Assembly (NCBI RefSeq): GCF_001194135.2
Contig: NC_068983.1
Location: 48,711,445-48,775,444, forward strand
DNA: 64,000 nt
Direction of reading: 5' to 3'
Source of the DNA: Octopus bimaculoides
Taxonomy: Eukaryota
Part shown: piece by piece, positions 41,456 through 54,086 of the stretch
Numbering within the stretch: the stretch's first letter is position 1
How the letters are laid out: the number at the start of each line of letters is the position of its first letter
Translations under genes and position numbers: made by a program
The notes under the pieces: model-generated
Database searches by the model: none
Told to the model about the DNA's origin: nothing
What the model saw: only the letters and a program-made list of their open reading frames with translations

Positions 41456-41794
41456 CTACAGCTGTTCGGAAAGAATTTCTAATTAATGAATAAAAATATT
41501 ACATCATTAGAAAAAAACCATGTTCATCCAGTGAATACACGAACCAAAACGTTCAAGAACATTAAAAAACCAACGGCATGTGCACCTTCATGATTCTATG
41601 AACCTTGCACATCATATATGGCACTTGTTGGATTCTATGATGTGCAAGGTTCATAGAATCATGAAGGTGCACATGCCGTTGGTTTTTGAATGTTCTTGAA
41701 CGTTTTGGTTCGTGTATTCACTGGATGAACATGTTTTTTCTAATGATGTAATATGTTTATTCATTAATTAAAAATTCGTTCGAAACAGCTGTAG
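41456..41794. repeat. Long inverted repeat (fold-back): arms of about 160 bp, 19-nt spacer
   Basis: 41456-41616 is the near-perfect reverse complement of 41636-41794, with scattered substitutions and indels; ends are CTACAGCTGTT and AACAGCTGTAG. Confidence 0.95.
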
Positions 41795-42790
41795 NNNNNN
41801 NNNNNNNNNNNNNNNNNNNNNNNNNNNNNNNNNNNNNNNNNNNNNNNNNNNNNNNNNNNNNNNNNNNNNNNNNNNNNNNNNNNNNNNNNNNNNNNNNNNN
41901 NNNNNNNNNNNNNNNNNNNNNNNNNNNNNNNNNNNNNNNNNNNNNNNNNNNNNNNNNNNNNNNNNNNNNNNNNNNNNNNNNNNNNNNNNNNNNNNNNNNN
42001 NNNNNNNNNNNNNNNNNNNNNNNNNNNNNNNNNNNNNNNNNNNNNNNNNNNNNNNNNNNNNNNNNNNNNNNNNNNNNNNNNNNNNNNNNNNNNNNNNNNN
42101 NNNNNNNNNNNNNNNNNNNNNNNNNNNNNNNNNNNNNNNNNNNNNNNNNNNNNNNNNNNNNNNNNNNNNNNNNNNNNNNNNNNNNNNNNNNNNNNNNNNN
42201 NNNNNNNNNNNNNNNNNNNNNNNNNNNNNNNNNNNNNNNNNNNNNNNNNNNNNNNNNNNNNNNNNNNNNNNNNNNNNNNNNNNNNNNNNNNNNNNNNNNN
42301 NNNNNNNNNNNNNNNNNNNNNNNNNNNNNNNNNNNNNNNNNNNNNNNNNNNNNNNNNNNNNNNNNNNNNNNNNNNNNNNNNNNNNNNNNNNNNNNNNNNN
42401 NNNNNNNNNNNNNNNNNNNNNNNNNNNNNNNNNNNNNNNNNNNNNNNNNNNNNNNNNNNNNNNNNNNNNNNNNNNNNNNNNNNNNNNNNNNNNNNNNNNN
42501 NNNNNNNNNNNNNNNNNNNNNNNNNNNNNNNNNNNNNNNNNNNNNNNNNNNNNNNNNNNNNNNNNNNNNNNNNNNNNNNNNNNNNNNNNNNNNNNNNNNN
42601 NNNNNNNNNNNNNNNNNNNNNNNNNNNNNNNNNNNNNNNNNNNNNNNNNNNNNNNNNNNNNNNNNNNNNNNNNNNNNNNNNNNNNNNNNNNNNNNNNNNN
42701 NNNNNNNNNNNNNNNNNNNNNNNNNNNNNNNNNNNNNNNNNNNNNNNNNNNNNNNNNNNNNNNNNNNNNNNNNNNNNNNNNNNNNNNNNN

Positions 42791-42837
<47 letters not shown>

Positions 42838-43288
42838 CATACATACATACATACAAAAAGAAGAAAAACAAAGTAATATAATCCAAACGAAATGTCCCAC
42901 ATACTAACATCGAACCTAAACAAACTAAGATAAAGACGCTATATCTACATATATACCCCATTATTCATTTACTCACAGACATATACTTATCGATACTTAT
43001 AAACAAAACACAAAACGAAATCAACTCTATACGGACATAGATAAATAAATTCTATACATACATCAAAACCAAAATAATAGCAGTATGCAACAATTTATTG
43101 TTTTAGTTTCCATCTACCACTCAAGCTTACACACATATATATATATATACATATTTTTAATGCACTCATATACACACTTATACATAAATACACCAGTGCA
43201 CACACACACAGAGACACAAACACGCCCACATATACATATATACATCAATGCATACATATATATCAAATAATATATATATATATATATA

Positions 43289-43338
<50 letters not shown>

Positions 43339-43409
43339 TTTAATGTGATAAATACTCTATATCCTCATGTATACCACATTATTCATTGACTCCCATATTT
43401 ATACATATG

Positions 43410-43469
43410 GGAGTTGGCAGAAACGTTTGCGCGACGAGCGAAATGCTTAGCGGTATTTCGTCTGTCTTT
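43410..43469 (+). mobile_element. SINE family B head, cut by an assembly gap
   Basis: GTTGGCAGAAACGTT…GCGAAATGCTTAGCGGTATTTCGTCTG. Confidence 0.8.
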
Positions 43470-43675
43470 NNNNNNNNNNNNNNNNNNNNNNNNNNNNNNN
43501 NNNNNNNNNNNNNNNNNNNNNNNNNNNNNNNNNNNNNNNNNNNNNNNNNNNNNNNNNNNNNNNNNNNNNNNNNNNNNNNNNNNNNNNNNNNNNNNNNNNN
43601 NNNNNNNNNNNNNNNNNNNNNNNNNNNNNNNNNNNNNNNNNNNNNNNNNNNNNNNNNNNNNNNNNNNNNNNNNNN

Positions 43676-43915
43676 ATATATATATATATATATATATATC
43701 TGTGTGTGTGTGTGTAAGTGTCTGAGATTGTGCTCCCACCATCGCTTGGCAGCCGAAATTGGTGTGTTTACGTCCCCGTAACTTAGCGTTTCGGTAAAAA
43801 AATACGATAGAATAAGTACTAGGCTTGCAAAGAATAAGTCCTGGGGTCGATTTGTTCGACTAAAGGTGGTGCTCCAGCATAACCGCAGTCAAATGACTGA
43901 ATGAAATAAAAGAAT
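43676..43915 (+). mobile_element. SINE family A, 3' half (after gap)
   Basis: CATCGCTTGGCAGCCGA…GGTGTGTTTACGTCCCCGTAACTTAGCG…GCAGTCAAATGACTGAA. Confidence 0.9.
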
Positions 43916-44830
43916 ACATATTCATACATATAAACAAAACGAAAAACGAAAACGGCTCTATATAGACATAGTCTATACGCTCATCAAATCAGTCATATCC
44001 AGTTAAACGAAGTCCGTTGTGTGGGTGTAACGAAGAGTAAACTATAATCGAAAGAATAACACAAAGAAATATTTTAACACATCTTTTACGATCGGTTACA
44101 ATTGTTTCTGCACCAACTCTGCTTGCAACGGCTTTGATGCAAGGCTGACGAAGTACCACATTAATGTCTAAAACCGCAATATTACGTAACCTTTCACTTC
44201 GAATTTTACGTAAACTGACTTTGCAAGACGAGGTGGCACATTAGTGATGAAATATTTCTTTGTTCATTTGGACCACGCACACATGGATGAAAATAACTCA
44301 AGCGCGGTTCACATTTTCAAACATCTACTTTCGCGGCATTTTATTGATGCACTCTTGAATTATATCATGGTAAATTTCTCCTATCTTCAGGAAATTTTAA
44401 ACAACCAGGCAAGACAGAAGATATAAGTAGACTTACTAAACAAGCTAGATTGAGGGAAGTGTTCTTTTTTTAAAAAAGAACAATGGAATATAAAGGTCAC
44501 TTATGAAACCCAAAATGGCAAGGGTCAAAACTATCAAATTTCTCAATTAGTTTATTAGTTTATGTTATTGGATGGCAAATCACGGAAGACAAGTCATATA
44601 AAAAAAAAAGAATAAAACAAGGAAAGAGAAAATATAATCGGGAGAGACGTTGCATAGATAAGACATCTGACTGTTGCCACTTACCCAACACTAGAACACA
44701 CACTCACAAACATACACGCATATATATATGTGTGTGTGTATATATATGTGTGTGTGTATATATATGTATGTGTGTGTATATGTATGTGTATAAATATGTA
44801 TATATATGTGTGTGTGTATATATGTGTATA

Positions 44831-44907
<77 letters not shown>

Positions 44908-45262
44908 ATATATACATATATACACATAACAAGCACATTCTTCATCATGGCACGTACCACATATATACACGTATATGCATATGATATATGCGTACATATC
45001 TACATATACGCGGACATACACCTGCATACATATGGTCATATATCGTACATACATTTTGATACGTATATTTACACAAGCATTCGTATTCATATATGCATAC
45101 TTATATTTTATATTTTTACATTCTATTTGTAATCCAATCAGACGCCTTTGTGGTGAACGAGCGCATCTTTGTTCCTTAACTAATCTAAGTATCGATATAC
45201 GCATATAATATCTTACACACATGCGTGTAAACAATCGTATACATGCACGGATAGACGCGCGT

Positions 45263-45316
<54 letters not shown>

Positions 45317-45891
45317 NNNNNNNNNNNNNNNNNATATATGAGAGAGAGAGAGATGTGTCTGTGCGCATATACACATGCACACAAGTACGTATACCTGAAT
45401 ATACATGGCTCAATTTTAAATTTTCCGCCTACACAAGCATATATAGTAGAGTATATTTCTAAAGCATATACACTATATTAATATATAATGAGTTGATATA
45501 AAAGAGGGAATGTATAAAAACAAAAATGAGATAAATTCAAATTTGGATATCAGCGATACTAGAACAAACGGGATATAATAAATAACAAATTAGACATAAC
45601 TGATAATAGATTAAAATAAGAAATAAGAAATAAAAAATAAAACAAGAAAAAAGGGGAAGAAACCCAAATCATAATCCAGATTTTATAATTTTACCATTGG
45701 AACTATGTGTATGGATACAATTGTCTATGTGTACTTATATATAGATAGACGTGTAGATGTATAATGTGCAAGCTTATAGCGTACACCCAGCTATAAAGTT
45801 AACTTGAATAGTTCCTGAGTATTGAAAGCTAGTTACCCGACCTTTCCTAGCGTTGAAATATTTACGTTCTAACGTATCCGAAAGCTGAATG

Positions 45892-45950
<59 letters not shown>

Positions 45951-45989
45951 AGTATATATGTATGTATACATGTATCTCTCTATCTGTCT

Positions 45990-45994
45990 ACCTA

Positions 45995-46037
<43 letters not shown>

Positions 46038-46130
46038 CCTTCTCTCTGTCTGTCCATCTCCCTGTCTGTCCACCTCTCTGTCTATCCTTCTCTCTGTCTA
46101 TCCATCTCTCTCTCTCGATCTATCTGTCTG
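45990..46130. repeat. (CT)n/(TCTA)/(TCTG) pyrimidine-rich microsatellite
   Basis: Direct inspection. Confidence 0.9.
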
Positions 46131-46134
46131 TCTA

Positions 46135-47132
46135 TTAGGCTGTCTCACATGAAATGTAATTTAAATTGGTTTCTTATGAGTCATCTATAAATGGATTTTT
46201 AATGAGTTTCTATGTATATGCTTGTATTTACACCTAACTCTTTTTCTTTCTAGACAATGCTAGTATTCAAAATTGCTACCCACAGCTTTTATGTCAATGT
46301 TGACAGCAGAGCAATACCGAATGATTTTCTTGTACGAATACAAGTTGGATCAATCTGCCACCGAAGCTCTACGAAACATCAAGTGGGCTATTGGTAATGA
46401 TTCTGTTGACATTAGAACTGTTCAGAGATGGTTCCAAAGATTTCGGTCAGGAAATGAAAGCCTTAAAACTGAACCAGGAGGGAGACCAAAATCAGTTATT
46501 CGGCATGATGAATTGAATGATTTGGTTAAACGAAAAATGGTCCGAAAAATCGGATCAGTGCCTAGACATTTCCCGCAACTGGTTCTCGACACTTAAAGAA
46601 AATTGGAAAAGTCAAACAGATGTATAGATTTGTTCCCCATCAACTTAATGAGATTCAAAGAAACAGGCGCCTTACAGAGTGTTCCATGTTGATTTCTCGG
46701 TTGGAAAGAGAACCATTTTTGTATCGACTCACTATGTGTAATGAGAAATGGATACTCTTTGATAACAGTAAGAAGACAGGACAGTGGTTAGACGCAGGAG
46801 ATTCACCAAAAATCTACCCAAAATCACCATTGCATCCTAAAAAGTTGGTTACAGTACGGTGGTCAACAAAGTGGGGTGGGTATTCAGTATTCATTTTTTC
46901 AACAAGGTAAAACTGTAACAGCAACATCCTATTGTCAGGAAATTGGTTGTATGCATGAAAAATTTAAAAAGTAATCCAAATTAGTGAATAGAGATGTCCC
47001 AATTTTACCTCATGATATTGCACGGCCTCACACTTCTCAAGTTACGACCCACAAGTTGCGTAACCTGTATAATGAAATTTTGGCACATCCTCCTTATTCT
47101 ACTGCTATCTCTCCTACTGATATCTCTTCAGG
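46135..47132 (+). mobile_element. mariner element (DD34D type), decayed transposase, 3' end lost
   Basis: TA then TTAGGCTGTC TIR-like start; MIFLYEYKL…TVQRWFQRFRSGNESL..EPGGRP, FVPHQLNE (cf. WVPHEL), CNEKWILFDN, HDIARPH and HPPYS..SPTD. Confidence 0.92.
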
Positions 47133-47760
47133 TCCCGAGTTGCAAGCCCACCGACTTATCCTGGTTAATTTTTGCTCCCGTCAACTTTTCATATTCCTCC
47201 AATGAGGTGCCGACCAACACGATTTCTAAGGTGTCCGATACCATCACGGTGATGTCGTCCACATACGCCGACACAGCTCTCCTGCGTCCCGGTTGGAGTG
47301 GGATGCCCTGCAGCAGCTCCAGCTTCTGCAGTAACGGCTCAAGAGTTAATACGGACAGAAAGGAGGAGAGAGGGTACACTTGACGGCCCGATCAGGAGAT
47401 CTGAAACGGTTTTGAGAGGTGGTCATTAACTTTGACCACCGCGTAAATGCTGTTGTGCATTGCAGCGATCCAACTTCTGAAGACGGGGCAGAAACCACCC
47501 GCTTTGAGAACAGTCATTAGATAATGATGGTCGACCCTATCAAAAGGTTTCGATTGATCAAAATTGATCAGTGCCCCACCGGAGACAGGTTTACACCCTA
47601 CTCTTTTTATGATGTATCGCATGAAGTGGAAATTGTCGTGTATGGACCTAGTCAGGTTTGTACAAATTTGCACCTCCCCAAATAAATCGTCGATGACAAG
47701 CGCCAACATCTTCGGCAATACTTTGGCCTAAATCTTAAGCTCTGAGTTAAGCAGGATTTC
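47128..47760 (-). mobile_element. L1/Tx1-clade LINE, internal RT fragment
   Basis: LLNSELKI*AKVL, ALINFDQSKPFDRVDH, RSGRQVYPLSSFL, SAYVDDITV and YEKLTGAKINQDKS. Confidence 0.88.
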
Positions 47761-47964
47761 TGATACACCTCAGCGCTGCTTCAATACCTATTTGGGCTAT
47801 TAAATCCGCTCTTTTCGTACCTGCTGAGATACATTTGAAAACCACTGTTCTTCTTTCCACTGCTGCAATTGCCTCTGACCGAACAGTCGGATTAGCCGAA
47901 GTTTTCTCTTGTCATATTAGTATCCATGCTTGTGTTAGCATCTGGTCCCTATTTGTGAGGTCCA

Positions 47965-48215
47965 TATCCTACGTAAAATATTGACTATGTAATCTCAAAT
48001 TTAAAAACAAAATTATAATAATTTTCTTATGTTTTCTTAAATATTCTCTAGAACAATATTTTGTGCAACACCAAATATATGACGCCCTAAGCATAACACC
48101 AACTTGAACTTCTAACTTGTCTCCTGAGGTCTCTGGGTAACACTTAGAGTCAACTTGTACAAATACAAAACCAAAGTCAATCGTATAACAACAATGATAA
48201 TAATGATAATAATAT
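47965..48215 (+). mobile_element. R4/Dong-type 3' end (5'-truncated) ending in an (AAT)n tract
   Basis: HILRKILTM* followed by a 3' UTR collinear with the copies at 53539 and 53828, then ACAACAATGATAATAATGATAATAAT. Confidence 0.82.
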
Positions 48216-50066
48216 AGAAAGAAATCGTGTATTCAGACTTCTATGTTTCAAAAAACTTTATGCATAAAATACAAAAAAAATATATAACGGCAAATAAAAT
48301 TTAAACTATTATTTTCTACTGGAAGTTTCGCTGAAATTCAGACACTGTTTGCTTTTTATTTATATCACATTCCTTAGCGTTAGTGTATCGATTGCCCTGT
48401 CTAATATTCATTAGTACACCGAAATATTTATATCCCCAAGAAATAATTATATTTTTGGAAGCTGAAATATATAACAGCCATATTCAGAGGATATCCTTAG
48501 TTTATGTTTTTATTTATCCTTTAAAAATATTTCTAATTAGCTCTTGTGTTAAGTCAATGATCAGTCTTTGTTTCTGGAATACTTATATTAACAAATAGAT
48601 ATATCTGAACATTCTTGTCTGTTTAGGAAACATTGTTATGGAGAGGAAAATCGTTAACGAGGCAGAAACGGTTTCATACACGAATAGATAATACTTTACA
48701 GTTAAATGAACATTTCCATATTCTGAAATCAAATTCGACAAATGCCAAATATCACAATTTGGTGAAAGACAACGTAAGTTACAAGACTTCAAATTCAACC
48801 ATCTTATTTTCTCCTTATTATTTCTAAGCATACTAACAACGTAATATAACGTCCTTGTTTTCATTTACATATTTTGATTGATAACACGTGAAGGTCATAT
48901 ACTTGAATGGATACGTGTTTATGCATATTTAATGTATACTGTTATTGACGTTTATAATTAATAACGACGAGGAAGCGCTTATCACAGTCGATTTGTCTTG
49001 TGGTTATTTACCTCCTGCCTTAAGGGCCTTACCGTTATTGTTAGTGATATACGAAGTATTATGTATGATGTAGAATATATTAAATATATTTCACAGAAAT
49101 ATATTTGCTGAGTAGACCTCGGAACACAGAATGGAAAATCGCGTGATACTGTTGTAAACATGATGATGATAATAATTTCAGCGATGTAACATCTTTAGAG
49201 CACTGTTAGGATCTTTCAGAGATGGAAATAGCTTTCGGCTATATGAAGGGCTTTTAGCAATGCAAGGAAATTTAACATATATAGGTTTTGCCTAAATGTA
49301 CGCGGATATCAAATGTGATAACGATGATAACTTGAGAAAAAGAAAAAAATATTGCAGTTGTAATACAATATTTAATATACCAAAAATATATCAAGAAAAA
49401 AGGGTTCATTGCCACAATCTATACTGGATGCTTCATTATTGTATATAATTAAACGGCTCTCCTTAAAATTAAGATTACACCATATACTATTTGTTTTAAC
49501 GCGAAATTCAAAGGATTTTTGGTTTCAAATATATTCAGTAATATCCTGTCTGCCTACTCGGAGATAAATAGTGTCTAGTGTATTAAATGTGAAAGGTTTC
49601 TATTTAAATCTTTCACTATTGCAATCATCAATACTGCCATAATATTGGAATAAACAATAACTTTGAAACTTATATGTAGTATATAAGCAAATCCTTTCAG
49701 TGTCCATGTCCCTGTATATGATATCGTTGGTTACTGGATAATTTGTTTCTAGACGTACGAGTTTGTCTGATCCTTCAATGCGCATTTGAAAGATAAAATT
49801 CATAGAATTCAATCCTCGTTTTTATCAAGTTTGCAATAGACGATCAAGTTTTAATTGTATTGATAGCTAATTACACATAAAAGGGATATTTCTTTTATGG
49901 TTTCCGTTTTCTAATCTACGTAATACTTTTAGATTTTGATTAGATATGACTTTTCCAAAAGTTGTAGAGTATAATGTCTATAATTGATTAGTTATCACTT
50001 TTTAAAATGTGCTTAGAATATAAATTATTTTGAATGGTTTAGAAAAATCTGGTAAAATTTATAATG

Positions 50067-50111
<45 letters not shown>

Positions 50112-50286
50112 GCAATAAAATTTATTTATGTGACCAATTGACTTTCGATCCTGATTTGTACGTCATTGGAGGTGTCTGCATCACATAACGAATGAATGTA
50201 CATACACACACATATGTGTATATGTATATNNNNNNNNNNNNNNNNNNNNNNNNNNNNNNNNNNNNNNNNNNNNNNNNNNNNNNNNN

Positions 50287-50335
<49 letters not shown>

Positions 50336-50631
50336 TAGATAGTTTATTAATTTGTCTGTGTGTATGTGTTTCTGTGTGCGTATGTGTACATATGTATGTT
50401 TCTATGTGATCTATCAACGCTACTTTTGAAACCTCTGTATTGAGGACCGGAATATATGACAGTCCAAACTGAAAAAAGTAAAAGAAGATTTTAAAAAAGG
50501 CAAAAACAAAAGCTCTTCATGTTTGTTCGAGTTATGTTCCATACTTGATTGTGCGTTTCATTGCGATTTTCTTGCTTTCTCGCTTTCAAAGTAGTTTGTT
50601 CAGAAGAGAAAACTGGAAGCTAACATTTGCA

Positions 50632-50994
50632 AGAAAAGTATACTTTCTACTATAGGCACAATGCCTGAAAGTATGTGAGAGGTGGCTAGGCGATCTCTCA
50701 CATAATTTATCGACTCAGAAATGATGAAAAGTATCATCGAATGATTCTTTTAGCTCGCTTCCGAAATTCACAAGAAAATAATGGTTTCAAATTGTGGCAG
50801 AAGGCCAGCATTTTCGGGGGAAGGGTAAGTGGTTTATATCGACCCCAGTGCTTACCTTGAAGTTATGTTACCAATTCCCAAATGACGAAAGGAAACGTCG
50901 TCCTCAGCGGAATTTAAACCCAGAACGAGAAGACGGACGAAATGGCATTAAGGGCAGTGCTCCGTGTGCGAACGATGCTGCTTGGTCGCCGCCT
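50632..50994 (-). mobile_element. Two adjacent diverged SINE family B copies (50632-50750 partial; 50782-50994)
   Basis: ATCGACCCCAGTGC, CGGAATTTAAACCCAGAACG and …GTCGCCGCC match the reverse complement of family B. Confidence 0.7.
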
Positions 50995-51681
50995 TTATTT
51001 ACAAAAAAATAACAAAATATTTTATTAAAACCGTGTTAGAATGGCCTTCAAAAGCATGGAATGTAATAAGAAAATTATACAAAAGTAACCTACAACACCA
51101 CTTCACCTTAGTATATCATTATGTCGATGTGCTTGTGATCATGTCTATATTCGTGTATCTTATTTGAGTAAATACATTTAACATCTATAAAAGAAAAATA
51201 TACTAGATTCAAATCTTACAATTATCGTTGATCTGTTGTTGATCTATCACGTTTATGGAACAGATTGAAAAGTATATAAGCATAATAGCTTATTTATCAT
51301 TTCCCGGTGCCAAAATGATCTGTAGACGACGTATGTCTGATTATTTAGAAATGTCTATTATTTTAATTCGAATATATTGATTTTAGTCTCATGCCTCGGC
51401 AAGAATATTTGAGAGAGTTGCGTCCCGTTCACTCCGTTTACTTTGTCTTCGATGTTACGTAGCATACGGTTCTTTTTGAAGTAAAAGCGAAGCACGGAAG
51501 TCGAACATATCAAAGAAGAGAAAATAATATATCGTTTTAATAAAACTGTGTTCCTGTCTTTCAAATTACATGCAACCATACATACGTACACACACATATA
51601 CACACACGCGCATAGCATAAACACGCTCACAAACATATGTATGTGCCTGTGTGTATTTGTGTGTGCATATTCATATGCATA

Positions 51682-51751
<70 letters not shown>

Positions 51752-52344
51752 TACATATAACCATACAAACATAAGTATCTCGCGTATAAGTACATAATTA
51801 TTTACATCTCTCTCTCTCAGCATACATACACACATATACACTTTAAATTTATTCGTCTGTGTTTAATAGCACAAATACACATGCATATGCATACAACTAC
51901 ATATCTAGAAGTATGAGTGATATATGGATATGTTCAGTATATATGATACAGCGTAATTTACGTGCATTGTGAAAGTTTATGAAAAATAAAACAAACATAA
52001 AGTTATATTCATGTAGGAATTCTTAATTACAATTCTTTTATTTATGAACACTTACCACTTACTGAAGACATTACTTACAATTTCTACGTTCAGTGAAAGG
52101 AGTTCTAAATATCTTCCCAATTATATTGCTTGCTCAATAAATGATTTCACTTAAAGACATATTCTTTTCATAAGAGAATTACGATGATTAGGAAGGTTGT
52201 TGCAGATTTATGAGGATGAAGAATCTAATGATAAGTATAATGATAATTATAATATGATTGTGTATCCTGGGAAACAGAGTAACATTTGCCTATATAGAAC
52301 ATGAAATTTTCTATATTGCCTTTGATTATTTTAAAGATGTAATG

Positions 52345-52384
<40 letters not shown>

Positions 52385-52464
52385 ACGAGTACTGTTGAAA
52401 TGCATCTTCAATGTACCGAATATTTCCAAGAACTGTATATTGCTATCACCCATATTTATGTTAC

Positions 52465-52516
52465 TGTTGCTTTGTTTTATACGATCTATTCCAAGTCTCA
52501 CCCAGAGACCTCAAGT
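52465..52516 (-). mobile_element. R4/Dong-type 3' tip
   Basis: TTCCAAGTCTCACCCAGAGACCTCAAG, shared with the copies at 52776, 53539 and 53828. Confidence 0.65.
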
Positions 52517-52538
52517 AACAGTAACTTCGATGGCAAAA

Positions 52539-52745
52539 GGCGGTGAGATGGCAGAATCGTTAACACGCTGGACGAAATGCCTAGCGATATTTTGCTCGTC
52601 GCTACGTTTTGATTTCTAATTCCGCCGAAGTTGACTTTCCTTTTCCTCCTTTCGGGGTTGAAAATTAAGTACCCGTTGAACACTGGGGTCAATGTAATTG
52701 ACTCATCCCGCCAAATGGCCGCTCTTGTTGCAAAATTTGTAACAA
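52539..52745 (+). mobile_element. SINE family B
   Basis: GGCGGTGAGATGGCAGAATCGTTAACACG…AATTCCGCCGAAGTTGAC…AAGTACCCGTTGAACACTGGGGTC. Confidence 0.88.
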
Positions 52746-52746
52746 A

Positions 52747-52775
<29 letters not shown>

Positions 52776-52780
<5 letters not shown>

Positions 52781-52842
52781 TTGAGTTTTGCTTTGTATTT
52801 GTATAAGTTGACTCCAAGTCTCACCTAGAGGCCTCAGGAGAC
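52776..52842 (-). mobile_element. R4/Dong-type 3' tip followed by (TAA)n
   Basis: TTGTATTTGTATAAGTTGACTCCAAGTCTCACC, abutting (ATT)n at 52747-52775. Confidence 0.75.
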
Positions 52843-52861
52843 AACAGCTTATTGTTATTAT

Positions 52862-53127
52862 CTCTTTATCACGGGTTTTGCTGGAGTTCCTGGAATCTTG
52901 CATGCGTAGCGGGATTACTACCTGCAGCCTACGGTACCATGCTATCCGTTCTTTCCAGGTATCTAATACGTTCCTGATTATTCTGGCCGTGCTAAGGAAG
53001 CAAACCTTTTGTAAAAATTCTATTGGATACTCTATTCCGATTTCCTTTATATTCCCTCTTGTTGCCTTCTGATACTGTTCACAAAGACCCAACAATAATG
53101 GGCACTATCTTCACCTTCTTCATTTTC
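52862..53127 (-). mobile_element. R4/Dong-clade 3' end, second subfamily
   Basis: KVKIVPIIVGSL … IEFLQKVCFLSTARIIRNVLDT, the C-terminus of an RLE-type ORF. Confidence 0.82.
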
Positions 53128-53145
53128 CAATTATTATTATTATTA

Positions 53146-53515
53146 CATGAAAATTCACGGTTCATTTTGCTGGGTATGATGGACAGAGTCAGTTATCCAC
53201 AGCCAGCAGACTAAGGTGACACTTGCTTTAGTGGTCACGCTTTAAGAACCCTGCGAACAATTTTTGCTGTTCCAGCTAATACTCATTTTTCTATGTTTCT
53301 ACCTTCACACTTGAACCGATCTTTTTCAGTCATATTAGTAGTTGAGTGCTTAGACTTCCAAGCGCACCAATTACTGTTGGTATCACGTCTACTCTCTTCA
53401 TTGACCACAACCTTCGTATTTCCCACTTTAAATCGTCGTAGTTGTTAATTTTTTCTTCTTTCACATCGATCCTGTTGTCACCGGGGCATGTTATGTCGAT
53501 AATCATACGTGTTCT
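53146..53515 (-). mobile_element. R4/Dong-clade 3' end, third subfamily, with part of the restriction-like endonuclease
   Basis: IIDITCPGDNRIDVKEEKINNYDDLKWEIRRLW…VIPTVIGALG and GTAKIVRRVLKA*; the 3' UTR ends in (TAA)n at 53130-53145. Confidence 0.88.
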
Positions 53516-53538
53516 TTCTTTCTTCTTCTTCTTATTAT

Positions 53539-53787
53539 ATGTTTGTCTTTTGACTTGTATTTGTACAAGTTGACTCCAAGTCTCACCCAGTGACCTCAAG
53601 AGACAAGTTAGAATTTCAAGATGGTGTTATGCCTAGGGTGCCATATATTTGGTCTTTCACATAGTATTGTTCTAGAGAATGTTTAAGTAAACATAAGAAA
53701 ATTATGGGTTTGTTTTAAAATTTGAGATTACATAGTATTTTACGTAGGATATGGGAAGTTCCCATGAGCACTATCTTTTGAATTTCT
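53539..53787 (-). mobile_element. R4/Dong-type 3' end, about 250 bp
   Basis: EIQKIVLMGTSHILRKIL plus 3' UTR; collinear with 53828-54086 and 47965-48215. Confidence 0.85.
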
Positions 53788-53827
53788 ACTACTACTACTA
53801 CTACTACTACTATTATTAGTAGTATGA

Positions 53828-54086
53828 TATGTTTGACGTTTGCTATGTATTTGTACAAGTTGATTCCAAGTCTCACCCAGTGACCTCAAGAGACAAGTTA
53901 GAAGTTCAAGATGGTGTTATGCCTAGGGTGCCATATATTTGTTTTTGCACATAATACTGTTCTAAATAATGCTTAAGAAAACATAAGAAAATTATCATAA
54001 TTTTGTTTTAAAATTTGAGAGTACATAGACAGTATTTTACGTAAGATATGGGCAGTTCCCATGAGCATTATCTTTTTCAATTCCTA
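53828..54086 (-). mobile_element. R4/Dong-type 3' end, about 260 bp
   Basis: KIMLMGTAHILRK plus 3' UTR; same truncation point as the copy at 53539. Confidence 0.85.

Noticed and set aside
44060-44175. Peptide YNCFCTNSACNG, resembling a Ly6/quiver C-terminal C.C…CN motif
   Set aside because: No splice acceptor, an upstream in-frame stop, and no hydrophobic GPI signal; probably chance.
45800-45890. Possible 48-nt minus-strand exon (LSDTLERKYFNARKGR) with AG/GT ends
   Set aside because: Splice-like dinucleotides alone are expected by chance; no partner exons or homology.
49600-49812. 70-aa minus-strand ORF in unique-looking DNA
   Set aside because: No recognisable motif or ATG context, and the length is within chance expectation.
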